From contig CBDBZU010000004.1 in NCBI GenBank assembly GCA_965213625.1, positions 1,184,001-1,248,000 on the forward strand: 64,000 nucleotides of DNA, in the 5' to 3' direction. Origin of the DNA: a bacterium. GTDB lineage: Bacteria; UBA8248. The notes under the pieces are model-generated. The model had not been told where the DNA came from and ran no database searches. It saw only the letters and a list, made by a program, of their open reading frames with translations. The position numbers were made by a program, and so were the translations under genes. Shown here one piece after another: positions 39,889 through 49,547 of this stretch; position 1 is the stretch's first letter, and every line of letters starts with the position of its first letter.

Positions 39889-40671
39889 TCAGCAGTTCTT
39901 CCAGACGGGTTTTCTTTTTTCCATGAACGCGTTCTTTCCTTCACGGTAGTCTTCGGTCTGGTAGAAGCGGTTCATGATGGGCCGACACAGGCGATAGCCC
40001 TCGTACATCGACACGTTCGCGGCCACGGCGATCTCCTCCTTGGTGTGCTGCACCGTCATGGGCGAGCACTCGATGATCTGCTCGGCCATGGCCGTCGCGG
40101 TCTCCAGGAGTTCCCCGTTCTTGGCGATCTTCACCACGAGGCCCAGGCGGTAGGCTTCCTCGGCGTCGATGAGTTCGCCCGAGAACATGTACCATCTTGC
40201 GAGGCCGGGAATCGCCGCGGGAAGGCGCATGGCCCCGCCGATGCTGATGATGCCGATCTTGGGCTGTGAATAGCCGACCTTGGCGTCTTCCGAAACCACG
40301 CGGACGTCCGCTCCGAGGAACAGGCTCATTCCCCCGCCGATGGCGTAGCCCTGCGCCGCGCAGATGACGGGCTTCTTGATCCAGTCCAGGTCGCAGTAGA
40401 GGATCCCTTTGGGGCGGACGGCGCCCATCTTGAGTTCGTCTTCTTCCAGGTTCTGATCCCACCCGGAGCAAAACGATTTCCCCTCGCCCGCGAGAATCGC
40501 CACCCACACCTCCTTGTCGTCGTTCACGTCTTCCCAGCACTGGAGGAGTTCCATCACCGTGGCGAAGCTCAAGGGGTTGAGCTTGTCGGGCCGGTTCAGG
40601 GTGACGTAGGCGATCTTGTTTTCCTTGCGGTATTTCACGGTTTTGAGTCCGAACTCTTGCGTCAGGTCCAT
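39889..40671 (-). CDS. Enoyl-CoA hydratase/isomerase family protein
   Basis: TLNRPDKLN, SFCSGWD, GYAIGGG, DAEEAYRLGLV, AFMEKRKPVWK. Confidence 0.9.
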   Translation of the reverse strand: MDLTQEFGLKTVKYRKENKIAYVTLNRPDKLNPLSFATVMELLQCWEDVNDDKEVWVAILAGEGKSFCSGWDQNLEEDELKMGAVRPKGILYCDLDWIKKPVICAAQGYAIGGGMSLFLGADVRVVSEDAKVGYSQPKIGIISIGGAMRLPAAIPGLARWYMFSGELIDAEEAYRLGLVVKIAKNGELLETATAMAEQIIECSPMTVQHTKEEIAVAANVSMYEGYRLCRPIMNRFYQTEDYREGKNAFMEKRKPVWKNC

Positions 40672-40732
40672 TGGCGTCTCTCCTTTTGAAAGATGGTCGC
40701 TCCGATGAATCGACGATGAAAGAGGCCGGCTT

Positions 40733-42316
40733 CTAGTTCACCCGTCGCGCTCTGCCGGCCCAGTGTTTTTCGCGTATCTCGCGTCTTAGCACTTTCCCCT
40801 GCGCGTTCTTAGGAATTTCACTCAAAAATTCGACTTGTTTCGGCTTCTTGTAGCCCGCAATTTCTTTTTCCGTGAATGCGATGATGTCTGAAGGCTCGGG
40901 CGACTCTCCCGGACGCAGCACCACCATGGCCTTGACGGCCTCGCCCCACCGTGCGTCGGGCACGCCTATCACCAGCGCTTCCAGGACGGCGGGGTGGCGG
41001 CACAGGGCGCGCTCGACTTCCGAGGGATAGACGTTGAACCCGCCCGTGATGATCATCTCCTTCTTGCGGTCGACGATGTAGAGATACCCCGCCTCATCCG
41101 CCACCGCGAGGTCTCCGGTGTGCACCCAGCCGTTTCGCATGGTCTCAGCCGTGGCTTCGGGGTTTTTCCAGTAACTCGCCATGGCGTAGTCTCCCCGGAC
41201 GCAGATTTCTCCCATCTCGCCCGTGGCGACGGGGAGGTCCTCATCGTCCAGGAGTTCGAGTTCCACGCCCGCCGCAACCCTGCCGCACGAGGCGAGGCGC
41301 TTGCGCTCCCCGGGCGTTCCATCAACCACGTGATCCCACGGATCGAGAATCGCGATGGGCTGCCGCGCCTCGGTAAGCCCGTAGGTTTGCCGGAAGATGG
41401 GGCCGACGTGTTCGATGGCGAGCCTTAAGTTCTCCTCCGAGATTGGCGCGGCCCCATAGGTGATCGTGTGCAGGCTCGAGAGGTCTGCGTTCGTGAGCTT
41501 TCCGCATTCGATGAGACGTTGCACCATCGTGGATACGAGATAGGTGGTCGTGGTTCTCTCTTTTTCCGCCATTTCGAGAAACAACTCCGGCTCGAAAGCA
41601 GGCATGATGACGCTCCGCGCGCCTCTGAGGAATGTGGGTTCGATAAAGTTGAAAGAGGCGTGCGTCATGGGACCGGCGTGGAGCATGGAGTCGAGCGCGC
41701 CCATCCGGTAGTCGAGGTTTCTGAAAAACTTCGCCAGCCACGCGACGTGCGTGCGGTGTGTGTTGACGACCGCCTTGGGCTCCCCGGTCGTGCCCGAGGT
41801 GTAGTGAAGGTGAAACAGCGAATCCGGCCCGAGAACGACACCAGGCTCCGCTGAGGAACTTTTCTGCAGCCATTTCTCGTACGGGATAACGCCCGCGCTT
41901 TCCCACCCCACGGCGATGATGCCGCGCAGACCCGGACATTCGTCTCTGATGCCTTCGGCGTATTCCTTGTGGACCTCATCCAGAATGAGGAACACGGATT
42001 CCGAGTCGTTCAGCATGTGGACGTGTTCTTTGCGGACGTTGCGTCCGTGGAGGTTCAGCGAAGCCCCGCCCGCCATCGCGACGCCAAAGTTAATCTCGAT
42101 GATCTCGGCGCGGTTTCGCATCAGCTTGGCGACGCGATCGCCGGGTTCGAGGCCGAGTGCCAAGAGGGCGTTCGCGGCCCGCTTGCTGCGGTCGTAGACG
42201 TCAAAGAAGCTCAGGCGGCGATCCCCGTCTACAACCGCTTCACGAGGGCCGTATCGCTTCGTCGCCCAGGCGATGTTCGCGCCCGGGTGAATGGCTGAGG
42301 TATCGTCTTGATTCAT
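40733..42316 (-). CDS. Acyl-CoA synthetase (AMP-forming)
   Basis: YTSGTTGEPK, QTYGLTE, GWVHTGD, DRKKEMIITGGFNVYPSEVE, PKNAQGKV. Confidence 0.93.
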   Translation of the reverse strand: MNQDDTSAIHPGANIAWATKRYGPREAVVDGDRRLSFFDVYDRSKRAANALLALGLEPGDRVAKLMRNRAEIIEINFGVAMAGGASLNLHGRNVRKEHVHMLNDSESVFLILDEVHKEYAEGIRDECPGLRGIIAVGWESAGVIPYEKWLQKSSSAEPGVVLGPDSLFHLHYTSGTTGEPKAVVNTHRTHVAWLAKFFRNLDYRMGALDSMLHAGPMTHASFNFIEPTFLRGARSVIMPAFEPELFLEMAEKERTTTTYLVSTMVQRLIECGKLTNADLSSLHTITYGAAPISEENLRLAIEHVGPIFRQTYGLTEARQPIAILDPWDHVVDGTPGERKRLASCGRVAAGVELELLDDEDLPVATGEMGEICVRGDYAMASYWKNPEATAETMRNGWVHTGDLAVADEAGYLYIVDRKKEMIITGGFNVYPSEVERALCRHPAVLEALVIGVPDARWGEAVKAMVVLRPGESPEPSDIIAFTEKEIAGYKKPKQVEFLSEIPKNAQGKVLRREIREKHWAGRARRVN

Positions 42317-42350
42317 GGGCGAAAATTATAGAGTCGCCCGAGTTGAAATG

Positions 42351-43748
42351 CTACGCGCTCACCGGGTTTTTCGATGCGGCGAGCAGGGCGAGAACGGGCC
42401 GGAGGTCGGCGCAGTCCTCGAGCTCCGAGAGTTCCTCGTAAGCGTGCTCCACGGACTCGGGTTCGAGCTTGACTGCTGCTGCCTCGGCGCAGGAGAAGAA
42501 TTTCTCCATCCGCTCCTCTTCTGTCATGGTCCATTCCGGAGAACCCTTGATCTTGTCGTGCGTGACGTCGGCCTCTCTCCCGTCCTTGAGCTTGACGTGG
42601 ATGCGCACGGGCACGAGCAGCAGACTGCCTTCCTCCCAGATGTTGACCCTGGTTTTCTGCGCGAGTTCGATCACCTCGGCACCCGATACGATGAGGTCCG
42701 GATCGAAGTGCGCGATGCGCGGCAATCCCTTGAGCAAAGAGAACGCCGTCGTCCACTGCGCGCTGAACTGCGCGTCCACCTGGGGATTTTCCCTGATCTG
42801 GAAGGGCTGTCCGATCATTGAGTGGCCGATGGGCGTCGCCCATACCTCGACGCTTTCGACGTCTTTCGCACCGAAGGAACCGAGCCGCTCACGCGCCTCG
42901 AGAGCCACGCTGATGTGGGGATGGGACACCCGGCAACTCGGGTAGGGCTTCATGCCGATCCGGCTGACGTGGAAGGTTTCACCCAGTTCTCTCGTGAGCG
43001 CGTCCGGGTCGCCCTCTCCGCCGCCGAATAGTTCGATAAAGCCGTCCGCTCCCTCTACGATTCGCCTGGGGCCGGTGGCGCCTGTTTGCGCCAGGACGGC
43101 CGAATGCACGCCGGCCCGCGCGCTGAAGGCTGGCTGCAGTCGCTTGGCGACCGTGCCGTCGAGCAATGCCTGGCGGTTGCCGTGTGATTGCGCATAGCCG
43201 AAGCCCGCCGCGTTAGCGAGGCCTTCTTCGTCGAGTCCCAAAGCACGTGCGGCGGCCATGGAGGCCGAAACGGCGCCGAATACCGTGGTGGGCAGCCAGC
43301 CCGGATGAATGTTCTGATGAACGACGGCGTTCAGCCTCAATGTCACGTCCGCAGCCCCGGCGAGAGCGGCGATGACTTCACGGCCCGGCATCGCGCGCCC
43401 GAGGCTTTCGCCGGCGGCGAGGAGGGCGGGAAGAATCGTCACGAAGATGTGGTTCTGGGTGACGTCTTCGGTGTCGTCGAAATCGTTCGAGTGAATCATG
43501 GCGGCGTTCAGCCAGGCCGCTGTCGGCGCAGGTATTTTGCCTCCGAAAACGAGCACCGTGGCTTCAGGCGCGCCGCCCCAGCGTATATGACGCTCAATGA
43601 TTTCGGGGTTCAGAGGTGCAGCCGAGCCGGCCAGAGAGCAGGCGAGCGCATCGACGATGAGGTTTCTGGCGGCGCATACGGCCTCTTCGGGCAGATCCTC
43701 GAAGCGGAGGTTCGCGTAATGCGCGATGATTTTCTGCATGGGGTCCAT
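42351..43748 (-). CDS. MmgE/PrpD family protein
   Basis: AAWLNAAMIHSNDFDDT...H, AKRLQ, MKPYPSCRVSH, AQFS, IKGSPE. Confidence 0.9.
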   Translation of the reverse strand: MDPMQKIIAHYANLRFEDLPEEAVCAARNLIVDALACSLAGSAAPLNPEIIERHIRWGGAPEATVLVFGGKIPAPTAAWLNAAMIHSNDFDDTEDVTQNHIFVTILPALLAAGESLGRAMPGREVIAALAGAADVTLRLNAVVHQNIHPGWLPTTVFGAVSASMAAARALGLDEEGLANAAGFGYAQSHGNRQALLDGTVAKRLQPAFSARAGVHSAVLAQTGATGPRRIVEGADGFIELFGGGEGDPDALTRELGETFHVSRIGMKPYPSCRVSHPHISVALEARERLGSFGAKDVESVEVWATPIGHSMIGQPFQIRENPQVDAQFSAQWTTAFSLLKGLPRIAHFDPDLIVSGAEVIELAQKTRVNIWEEGSLLLVPVRIHVKLKDGREADVTHDKIKGSPEWTMTEEERMEKFFSCAEAAAVKLEPESVEHAYEELSELEDCADLRPVLALLAASKNPVSA

Positions 43749-43793
43749 CTTCGTCTCCGTTTCCCTTGCGCCCTGGGGGCGAGAGTTGCGTCC

Positions 43794-44147
43794 TTACTCG
43801 CGGCCCGGCTGGAAGATGGCCACCAGCCTCACGTCTTCCTCGCTCACGCAGTTGTTGCAGTGGCGCGTGCCCTTTGGCATGAAGATGAATTGCCCGGGGC
43901 CGTAGTTGATCTCGCCGTCATCGAGGTCGTATCTTCCCCTGCCGCTCACGCAGAATATGACCTCATCCTCTTCGTGATGATGCCAGTCGTGCGTCTGTCC
44001 CGGCTGAATGAGCGAGTAATAGACGGTGAGGTCGGTGCCCTCGCCCTGTTTCGATATGATGGCCTTGTGGCTCGCGCCGCCCGCCATGCCTTCTGATTCA
44101 CGCTCATCGGGACGGATGAGCCGGGCTTTTCTTTCTCTCGTCGTCAT
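43794..44147 (-). CDS. Cupin domain protein
   Basis: HDWHHHEEDEVIFCVSGRG and PKGTRH cupin motifs; GGAG RBS. Confidence 0.87.
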   Translation of the reverse strand: MTTRERKARLIRPDERESEGMAGGASHKAIISKQGEGTDLTVYYSLIQPGQTHDWHHHEEDEVIFCVSGRGRYDLDDGEINYGPGQFIFMPKGTRHCNNCVSEEDVRLVAIFQPGRE

Positions 44148-44418
44148 GTGAGTTTCTCCTCGGGAGCTACGGTGTTTGCTTTCTCGAGGCGTGCGCTTCA
44201 CGTGCCCCTCGAGTCGGGATGATTGTTCGCCGATAAGTGAAGAATAATCCGCTAGACGGAAAAGTCAAAGCGCAACGGGCGGATCGTGCTTACCACTGCC
44301 CGGAGGCGTGGACACATCTCTTGAAGGCGGTGCGCGGCGGGTGCTACTCTTACAAACGACCAGCCTTCCGGGGTCTGGCCGGCCGCCGGGTTTCACGTCG
44401 ATGCCGAGGGTGATTTCA

Positions 44419-44862
44419 ATGATAGTGTGTTTCGGGCGAATCTGTGTTGTTTTGTTCCTGGCGATGGCGCTTCTGGGGTCTGGAAGCGCATTCGCGGTGA
44501 CTGTAGATGCGGATGGCCCCGTCGAGAAGAGGCCCGAGGGTTTCGATACGCCCGAACTCAGCCGCTCTCGTTTTCTCGGATGGATCCGTCGGGACCTCAG
44601 CAGGCGCATCCCCGGAGAGGAGACCCTGATCAAGCAATATCTCGATGAGTGGGAATTCCAGTTCGAAACGCTCACCATCAACAACCGGATATTCGCGATC
44701 AACATCGACGTGGACAACAAGTATCCATACGACATCACGCTGCTCGATGAGGATTGCGATGGAATCTACGAGACCAAGGTGGAGGAAAAACCGGGTCAGC
44801 AACGTGTGGACATGGCGATTCCCGAATGCGTGTTCCGGGTTTCGTCGGAATCTGCACGCTGA
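44419..44862 (+). CDS. Exported hypothetical protein
   Basis: Signal peptide ending AFA; acidic DEDCDGIYET loop; two Cys in the mature C-terminal part; start uncertain. Confidence 0.65.
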   Translation: MIVCFGRICVVLFLAMALLGSGSAFAVTVDADGPVEKRPEGFDTPELSRSRFLGWIRRDLSRRIPGEETLIKQYLDEWEFQFETLTINNRIFAINIDVDNKYPYDITLLDEDCDGIYETKVEEKPGQQRVDMAIPECVFRVSSESAR

Positions 44863-44914
44863 GGGAAGTCCGCTGGTTTCATGAGCGCGGGCGAAATGAT
44901 CAGGAATCGAAGTC

Positions 44915-45700
44915 ATGCGGCTTAAAATGGTGTTTTCCAGTTTTCTTGTCGTTTTCATCGCTCATGCGTACTCGGTGAAGGCGGAGTCGGCCTTCTCGGG
45001 GCTTCGCAGGGTCGAGGTCAAAGACATCCTCGTCGATCAGAGGAACGACCAGCCCGTCCTGCTGCTGCAGGAGAAAAAAGGGGGCAAGCTGCTGCCCATC
45101 TGGATCGGCCCGGCGGAGGCGCGGGCGATTTACATGGAGCTCGAAGGAGCAAAGCCGCACCGGCCGATGACGCACGACTTGATGCGCAGCTTGCTGAATA
45201 CTCTTAAGGCGGAAGTTCTCCGAGTAGTCATTACGGAGATTAAAGGGGGTACCTATTTCGCTTTCATCGATATGAAGGCCGGGGGTCGGCGTTTTTCTGT
45301 CGACAGCCGTCCCTCGGACGCCGTCGCGCTGGCGTTGCGGATGAAATCTCAGATATACGTGAAGCCCGTCGTGATGGAGCACGGCTTCCGTTTGAGGCGC
45401 GAATATATGCACCCCGATAAGCTGGGGCTCGTTCTCCAGAAGCTCACGCCGGCGTTGGCGCGCTTCTTCGGGGGCGGAGAGGCGAGCGGGCTCTTGGTCT
45501 CCTCGGTTCAGGAAGATGCTCCGGCGGCGCGCGCGGGACTCAGGCGTGGAGACATCATATTCGAGGCGGGAGGAAAGAAGATTGAGACGGTGGATTTCTT
45601 CGAGAAAGTTTTTCTGGAGAATCCACTTGAGATAGAGGTTTCCATACGAAGGGGACCGGCCGGGAAAAAATGGCGCCTGAAGCTGGGGCAGGGGAAATAA
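44915..45700 (+). CDS. Bifunctional nuclease (DUF151/BFN) domain fused to a C-terminal PDZ domain
   Basis: LPIWIGPAEARAI, RPMTHDL, VDSRPSDAVALALR; then LGLVLQKLT...PAARAGLRRGDII. Confidence 0.87.
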   Translation: MRLKMVFSSFLVVFIAHAYSVKAESAFSGLRRVEVKDILVDQRNDQPVLLLQEKKGGKLLPIWIGPAEARAIYMELEGAKPHRPMTHDLMRSLLNTLKAEVLRVVITEIKGGTYFAFIDMKAGGRRFSVDSRPSDAVALALRMKSQIYVKPVVMEHGFRLRREYMHPDKLGLVLQKLTPALARFFGGGEASGLLVSSVQEDAPAARAGLRRGDIIFEAGGKKIETVDFFEKVFLENPLEIEVSIRRGPAGKKWRLKLGQGK

Positions 45701-45704
45701 GACG

Positions 45705-46286
45705 ATGGCTGAATACTCACCGGGTGCGGAAGACGGCCTCATCGTCGTCGATTTGCAAGTGGATTTTTGTCCGGGAGGTGCGCTCGCTGTTGCCGGGGGA
45801 GATGAAATCGTCTCGCCGGTGAACGGACTTTTACAGATACCGGGCTGGATGAAGGTGGCGACACGAGACTGGCATCCCGCCGATCATACCTCGTTTCAGG
45901 CGCAGGGCGGAATCTGGCCCGTTCACTGCGTGGCCGATACGCCGGGCGCCGCTTTTCATCCTCTCTTGAACGCCGGGAATGTGGAGATAGTGGTATCTAA
46001 GGCCACGACCAAGGACGCCGAAGCCTATTCGGGGTTTGACGGCACATCACTGGCTGATGATTTGAGAGCCGCAAGCATAAGGCGTCTTTTCGTTTGCGGT
46101 CTGGCGACGGATTATTGCGTGAAGGCTACGGCGATCGACGCCAGAGGGGAGGGGTTCGAGGTCGTTGTTATAGAAGACGCTATCCGCGCGGTAAACGTCG
46201 AGCCCAAAGACGGTATAAACGCCATTGAGGAGATGCGTGCGGCGAACTGCGCCTTCGCTCTCGCCTCAGAGGTTCGTTCGGCTTAA
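45705..46286 (+). CDS. pncA: Nicotinamidase/pyrazinamidase
   Basis: VDLQVDFCPGGALAV, TRDWHP, WPVHCV, AYSGF, GLATDYCVKAT. Confidence 0.93.
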   Translation: MAEYSPGAEDGLIVVDLQVDFCPGGALAVAGGDEIVSPVNGLLQIPGWMKVATRDWHPADHTSFQAQGGIWPVHCVADTPGAAFHPLLNAGNVEIVVSKATTKDAEAYSGFDGTSLADDLRAASIRRLFVCGLATDYCVKATAIDARGEGFEVVVIEDAIRAVNVEPKDGINAIEEMRAANCAFALASEVRSA

Positions 46287-46306
46287 AACTATTCAAGGAG
46301 GTCGTC

Positions 46307-47263
46307 GTGGCTTTGGTGCGTGTGCAGGTTCCTGCGAGTACGACGAATCTCGGTCCGGGGTTCGACGCTTTGGGCGTCGCGCTCAGGATATATAACCGCA
46401 TTGAACTCGACAGCCTCCCCTGGGGCGTAGCCCTCGAGGTGGAAGGAGAGGGCCGCGACGTTATCCCCAAGGATGAATCGAACGTCTGTGTGCAGGCCGT
46501 CAAGCGCGTTTTCGATCGGGTGGGTCGGCCCTTCAGCGGATTGTGGATGAAACAGCGCAACCACATACCGCTGGCGCGCGGGCTAGGGAGCAGTTCGGCC
46601 GCCATCGTGGGCGGAATCGTGGGGGCGAACATTTTGCTCGGTAGCCCGTTGAACATGGACGAACTCGTACAAATCGCCGTGGAGATGGAAGGACACCCCG
46701 ACAACGTCGTGCCGGCGCTCATAGGGGGTTTTTGCATCTCGGCGACTACCACGGAAGGCAAAACCATTTATACGCGTATGCCAGTGGTGGAGGATTACCG
46801 CTGGGTAATCGTGATCCCCGATTTCGAGGTGAGCACGCATGCGGCGAGACAGAAATTGCCCGGGGAGGTTTCGCTGGCCGATGCGATCTTCAACGTCCAG
46901 AGGGTGGGGGCGCTCATGGCGGCGTTCGCCACCGGGCGTGACGAGTTGTTTCGCGACGCTATGCAGGACCGGCTGCACCAGCCTTACCGCGCGGAATTGA
47001 TGGGTCCTCTGGATGAGGTCTTTGAATCCGCCTACGAAGCCGGTGCGCTGGGCGCATGTATCAGCGGTGCGGGGCCCTGCATCCTGGCTATTTGCCGTAA
47101 AAGCCCGGGCAGGGTGGGCAACGCGATGCGCGAGGTGTATCAATCGCACGGTATCGGATGCCGGATGCACGTGCTCAGAATCGATCCGCGCGGCGCGCAT
47201 GCAGTCGATTCAAACTCTGTTTTCGGGCCGGGGGCCTTACCGCTCGCTCAAGCCTCAAGATGA
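46307..47263 (+). CDS. thrB: Homoserine kinase
   Basis: VPASTTNLGPGFD, IPLARGLGSSSAA, EGHPDNV.PA, DRLHQPYR, ISGAGP. Confidence 0.95.
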   Translation: MALVRVQVPASTTNLGPGFDALGVALRIYNRIELDSLPWGVALEVEGEGRDVIPKDESNVCVQAVKRVFDRVGRPFSGLWMKQRNHIPLARGLGSSSAAIVGGIVGANILLGSPLNMDELVQIAVEMEGHPDNVVPALIGGFCISATTTEGKTIYTRMPVVEDYRWVIVIPDFEVSTHAARQKLPGEVSLADAIFNVQRVGALMAAFATGRDELFRDAMQDRLHQPYRAELMGPLDEVFESAYEAGALGACISGAGPCILAICRKSPGRVGNAMREVYQSHGIGCRMHVLRIDPRGAHAVDSNSVFGPGALPLAQASR

Positions 47264-47875
47264 AGCGGGGCGAGAATCTTTCGACCTCCACTTACGCCAC
47301 AGGTATTTCCCGCTCCACAAGAGGGCCACTGCTCCCAGGACGAGAATGAAGACGGCCTTGCCCGTTCCCACCATCCTGCGAAAATCGTCGATGTGATCCC
47401 CGAAATACCAAGCCGCTGCGAGTAGCAGCGGCACGCTCAGGAGCGCCGCGGCCAGGTCCATGCTGAAGAATATGCGAAGCGGAAGTCGCGTGATCCCCGC
47501 CGCGAGAAACAGCGGTGCGCGCAGACCCGCGACGAAGCGGCCGAAGAAGATGGCCTTTCTCCCGTGGCGATCGAAAAAGCGGTGGACTTTCTCCATGCGC
47601 TCAGGCGTCATGACGCGGCGGAGCATGCGGTGATCGAGCGCCTTTGGTCCCATCCAGTAGCCGAAGCCGTAGATCATCAGGTCGCCGAGCATGATGCCCA
47701 GCATGTTCACGGCGAGTGCAGGCCAGAAACTCATGGTGCCCAGGTGCACGAGATAGCCTGAGGTGATAATGGGAATGTCTTCAGGAACGGGCAGCCCCAG
47801 GCCGCAGAGCAACAGGACGAGAAACACCCCGCCATAGGCGAATTCCACCAGATACTCCTGGAGAAACCCGTACAT
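47255..47875 (-). CDS. DedA family membrane protein
   Basis: GLGLPVPED, LGDLMIY..G, FFGRFVAGLR. Confidence 0.92.
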   Translation of the reverse strand: MYGFLQEYLVEFAYGGVFLVLLLCGLGLPVPEDIPIITSGYLVHLGTMSFWPALAVNMLGIMLGDLMIYGFGYWMGPKALDHRMLRRVMTPERMEKVHRFFDRHGRKAIFFGRFVAGLRAPLFLAAGITRLPLRIFFSMDLAAALLSVPLLLAAAWYFGDHIDDFRRMVGTGKAVFILVLGAVALLWSGKYLWRKWRSKDSRPASS

Positions 47876-47964
47876 CTCGATACTCCGGCTTAACGGCAGG
47901 GCTTTTGCTTTAAGAGCCGCCTGCGTCGTTTTCAAAGTGGGCGGAATGTCCGCTCAACGAATAC

Positions 47965-48399
47965 TTATTTGGGGCCGACGCACTCCAGCATGTTTCCGTC
48001 GGGGTCCTGGAAGAAGATGATGAACCGGCCCGGTACGACCTCGGTGATTTCGCCCATCATTTTCACGCCCGCCGCCGCCAGGGCGTCGTGCGCTTCCTGG
48101 ACGCTCTCGACGGTGAACGTCAGGTAGCGGTATCCGGTAGAGGCGTCCACGATGCCTCCGCCCGAGGGAGGATTCGAATCCGCCTGGACGACCTTGAGCT
48201 GCACCTCGCCTGCTTGGAACGCCTTGAACTCGAACCGTCCCGATGCGCAACCAGCCCGGGAAGCTTTATCCGCCGTAATCTCGACTTCACGTACGATCGG
48301 AAGGCCCAATATGCCGCCGTAAAATTTTTCGGCAACGTCGAGGTCTTTCACCACGATACCGATGTCGATGGATTCTTTCGCCATTTTAATCAGAGACAT
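47965..48399 (-). CDS. VOC (glyoxalase/bleomycin resistance) family protein
   Basis: IGIVVKDL..AEKFYGGILG, LTFTVESV, FFQDPDGNMLE; AGGAG RBS. Confidence 0.87.
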   Translation of the reverse strand: MSLIKMAKESIDIGIVVKDLDVAEKFYGGILGLPIVREVEITADKASRAGCASGRFEFKAFQAGEVQLKVVQADSNPPSGGGIVDASTGYRYLTFTVESVQEAHDALAAAGVKMMGEITEVVPGRFIIFFQDPDGNMLECVGPK

Positions 48400-48679
48400 T
48401 TTATGCTCCTGTCGATTTGAGGGACATTCTTGTGATTTCCGCGATTGATCTGTAAAGGGTTTCGAAACGGAGGGAGAATACCATTCTCCCCGTACGGGGG
48501 AAACTCCCCGAAGAATGAGTTTCAAACGTTCGGCTTCCGAGATACTCACCCTGTTCGAATCTTGCTAGAATCGGCGGACATCACGCTTCAAGAACGGAAT
48601 CACTTTTCAGCTTCGAAAGGTGCATGAGCGGTTTTTGCCCGATGCGATATGCAGGGGCGTCTATCATGGAGGGAGTCGA

Positions 48680-49465
48680 ATGCGTCTGGAAGGAAAAACA
48701 GCGGTCGTCACTGGAGGCGGCGGCGGAATCGGCCGGGGAATCATCCGTGCTTTCGCCCGCGAGGGAGCTCGAATTTGTGTGGTCGACGTCAATGAGGAAG
48801 TGACTCAGCAGGGGCTCAATGACGCGGGCGAAGGGGAACATTTCGCACTGGCGGCGGACGTGACGAGCGAAGCGGACGCCGAAAACGTCATAAGTACTGC
48901 CATCGAGCGCATGGGGCATATCGACATACTCGTGAATTGCCACGGCAGGGCGTCGGCGCTCATGGGAAACCCGATTGATAACATCACGCTCGAGGAGTGG
49001 AACGCCGTTTTCAATGTGAACGCAACTGGCGTGTTCCTGATGTGCCGGGCCATCGCCGCCCATATGCGCGAGCGGAAGTACGGGAAAATCATCAATCTGG
49101 CTTCTCTCGCCGCAAGGCGCGCAAACGAGAACGTGCCGCACTATTGTGCATCCAAGGCGGCATGCATGAACTTCACCATGAGCCTCGCCAAGGAGATGGC
49201 TTCCTACAACGTGAACGTGAATGCCATCAATCCGGGCCTGTTGTGGACGAACCTTTGGGAGAAAGGCCACGGCGTCATCATCGGGGCGGAGACAGACAGA
49301 CCCCCCCGGCGGGTGTTCGATGAGTTCGTCGAAGCAGCAGTTCCTCTGGGCCGCGAGCAGACGCCGGACGATGTGGGTCATATGGCGGTCTATCTAGCGA
49401 GCGATGAGAGTCAAAACGTCACAGGACAGGGTTTGCTCCTAGCGGGTGGCGCCTGGATGGTCTAG
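48680..49465 (+). CDS. Classical SDR, tandem copy 1
   Basis: TGGGGGIG, LVNCHG, NLAS, YCASK; 261 aa. Confidence 0.92.
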   Translation: MRLEGKTAVVTGGGGGIGRGIIRAFAREGARICVVDVNEEVTQQGLNDAGEGEHFALAADVTSEADAENVISTAIERMGHIDILVNCHGRASALMGNPIDNITLEEWNAVFNVNATGVFLMCRAIAAHMRERKYGKIINLASLAARRANENVPHYCASKAACMNFTMSLAKEMASYNVNVNAINPGLLWTNLWEKGHGVIIGAETDRPPRRVFDEFVEAAVPLGREQTPDDVGHMAVYLASDESQNVTGQGLLLAGGAWMV

Positions 49466-49547
49466 TGGATATCTTTTCACCTCGAGTCATGCCCGGATTA
49501 TTTTTATCCGGGGCAATGAGCCGCGGCTTTATGTAAGGGAATTGCGA

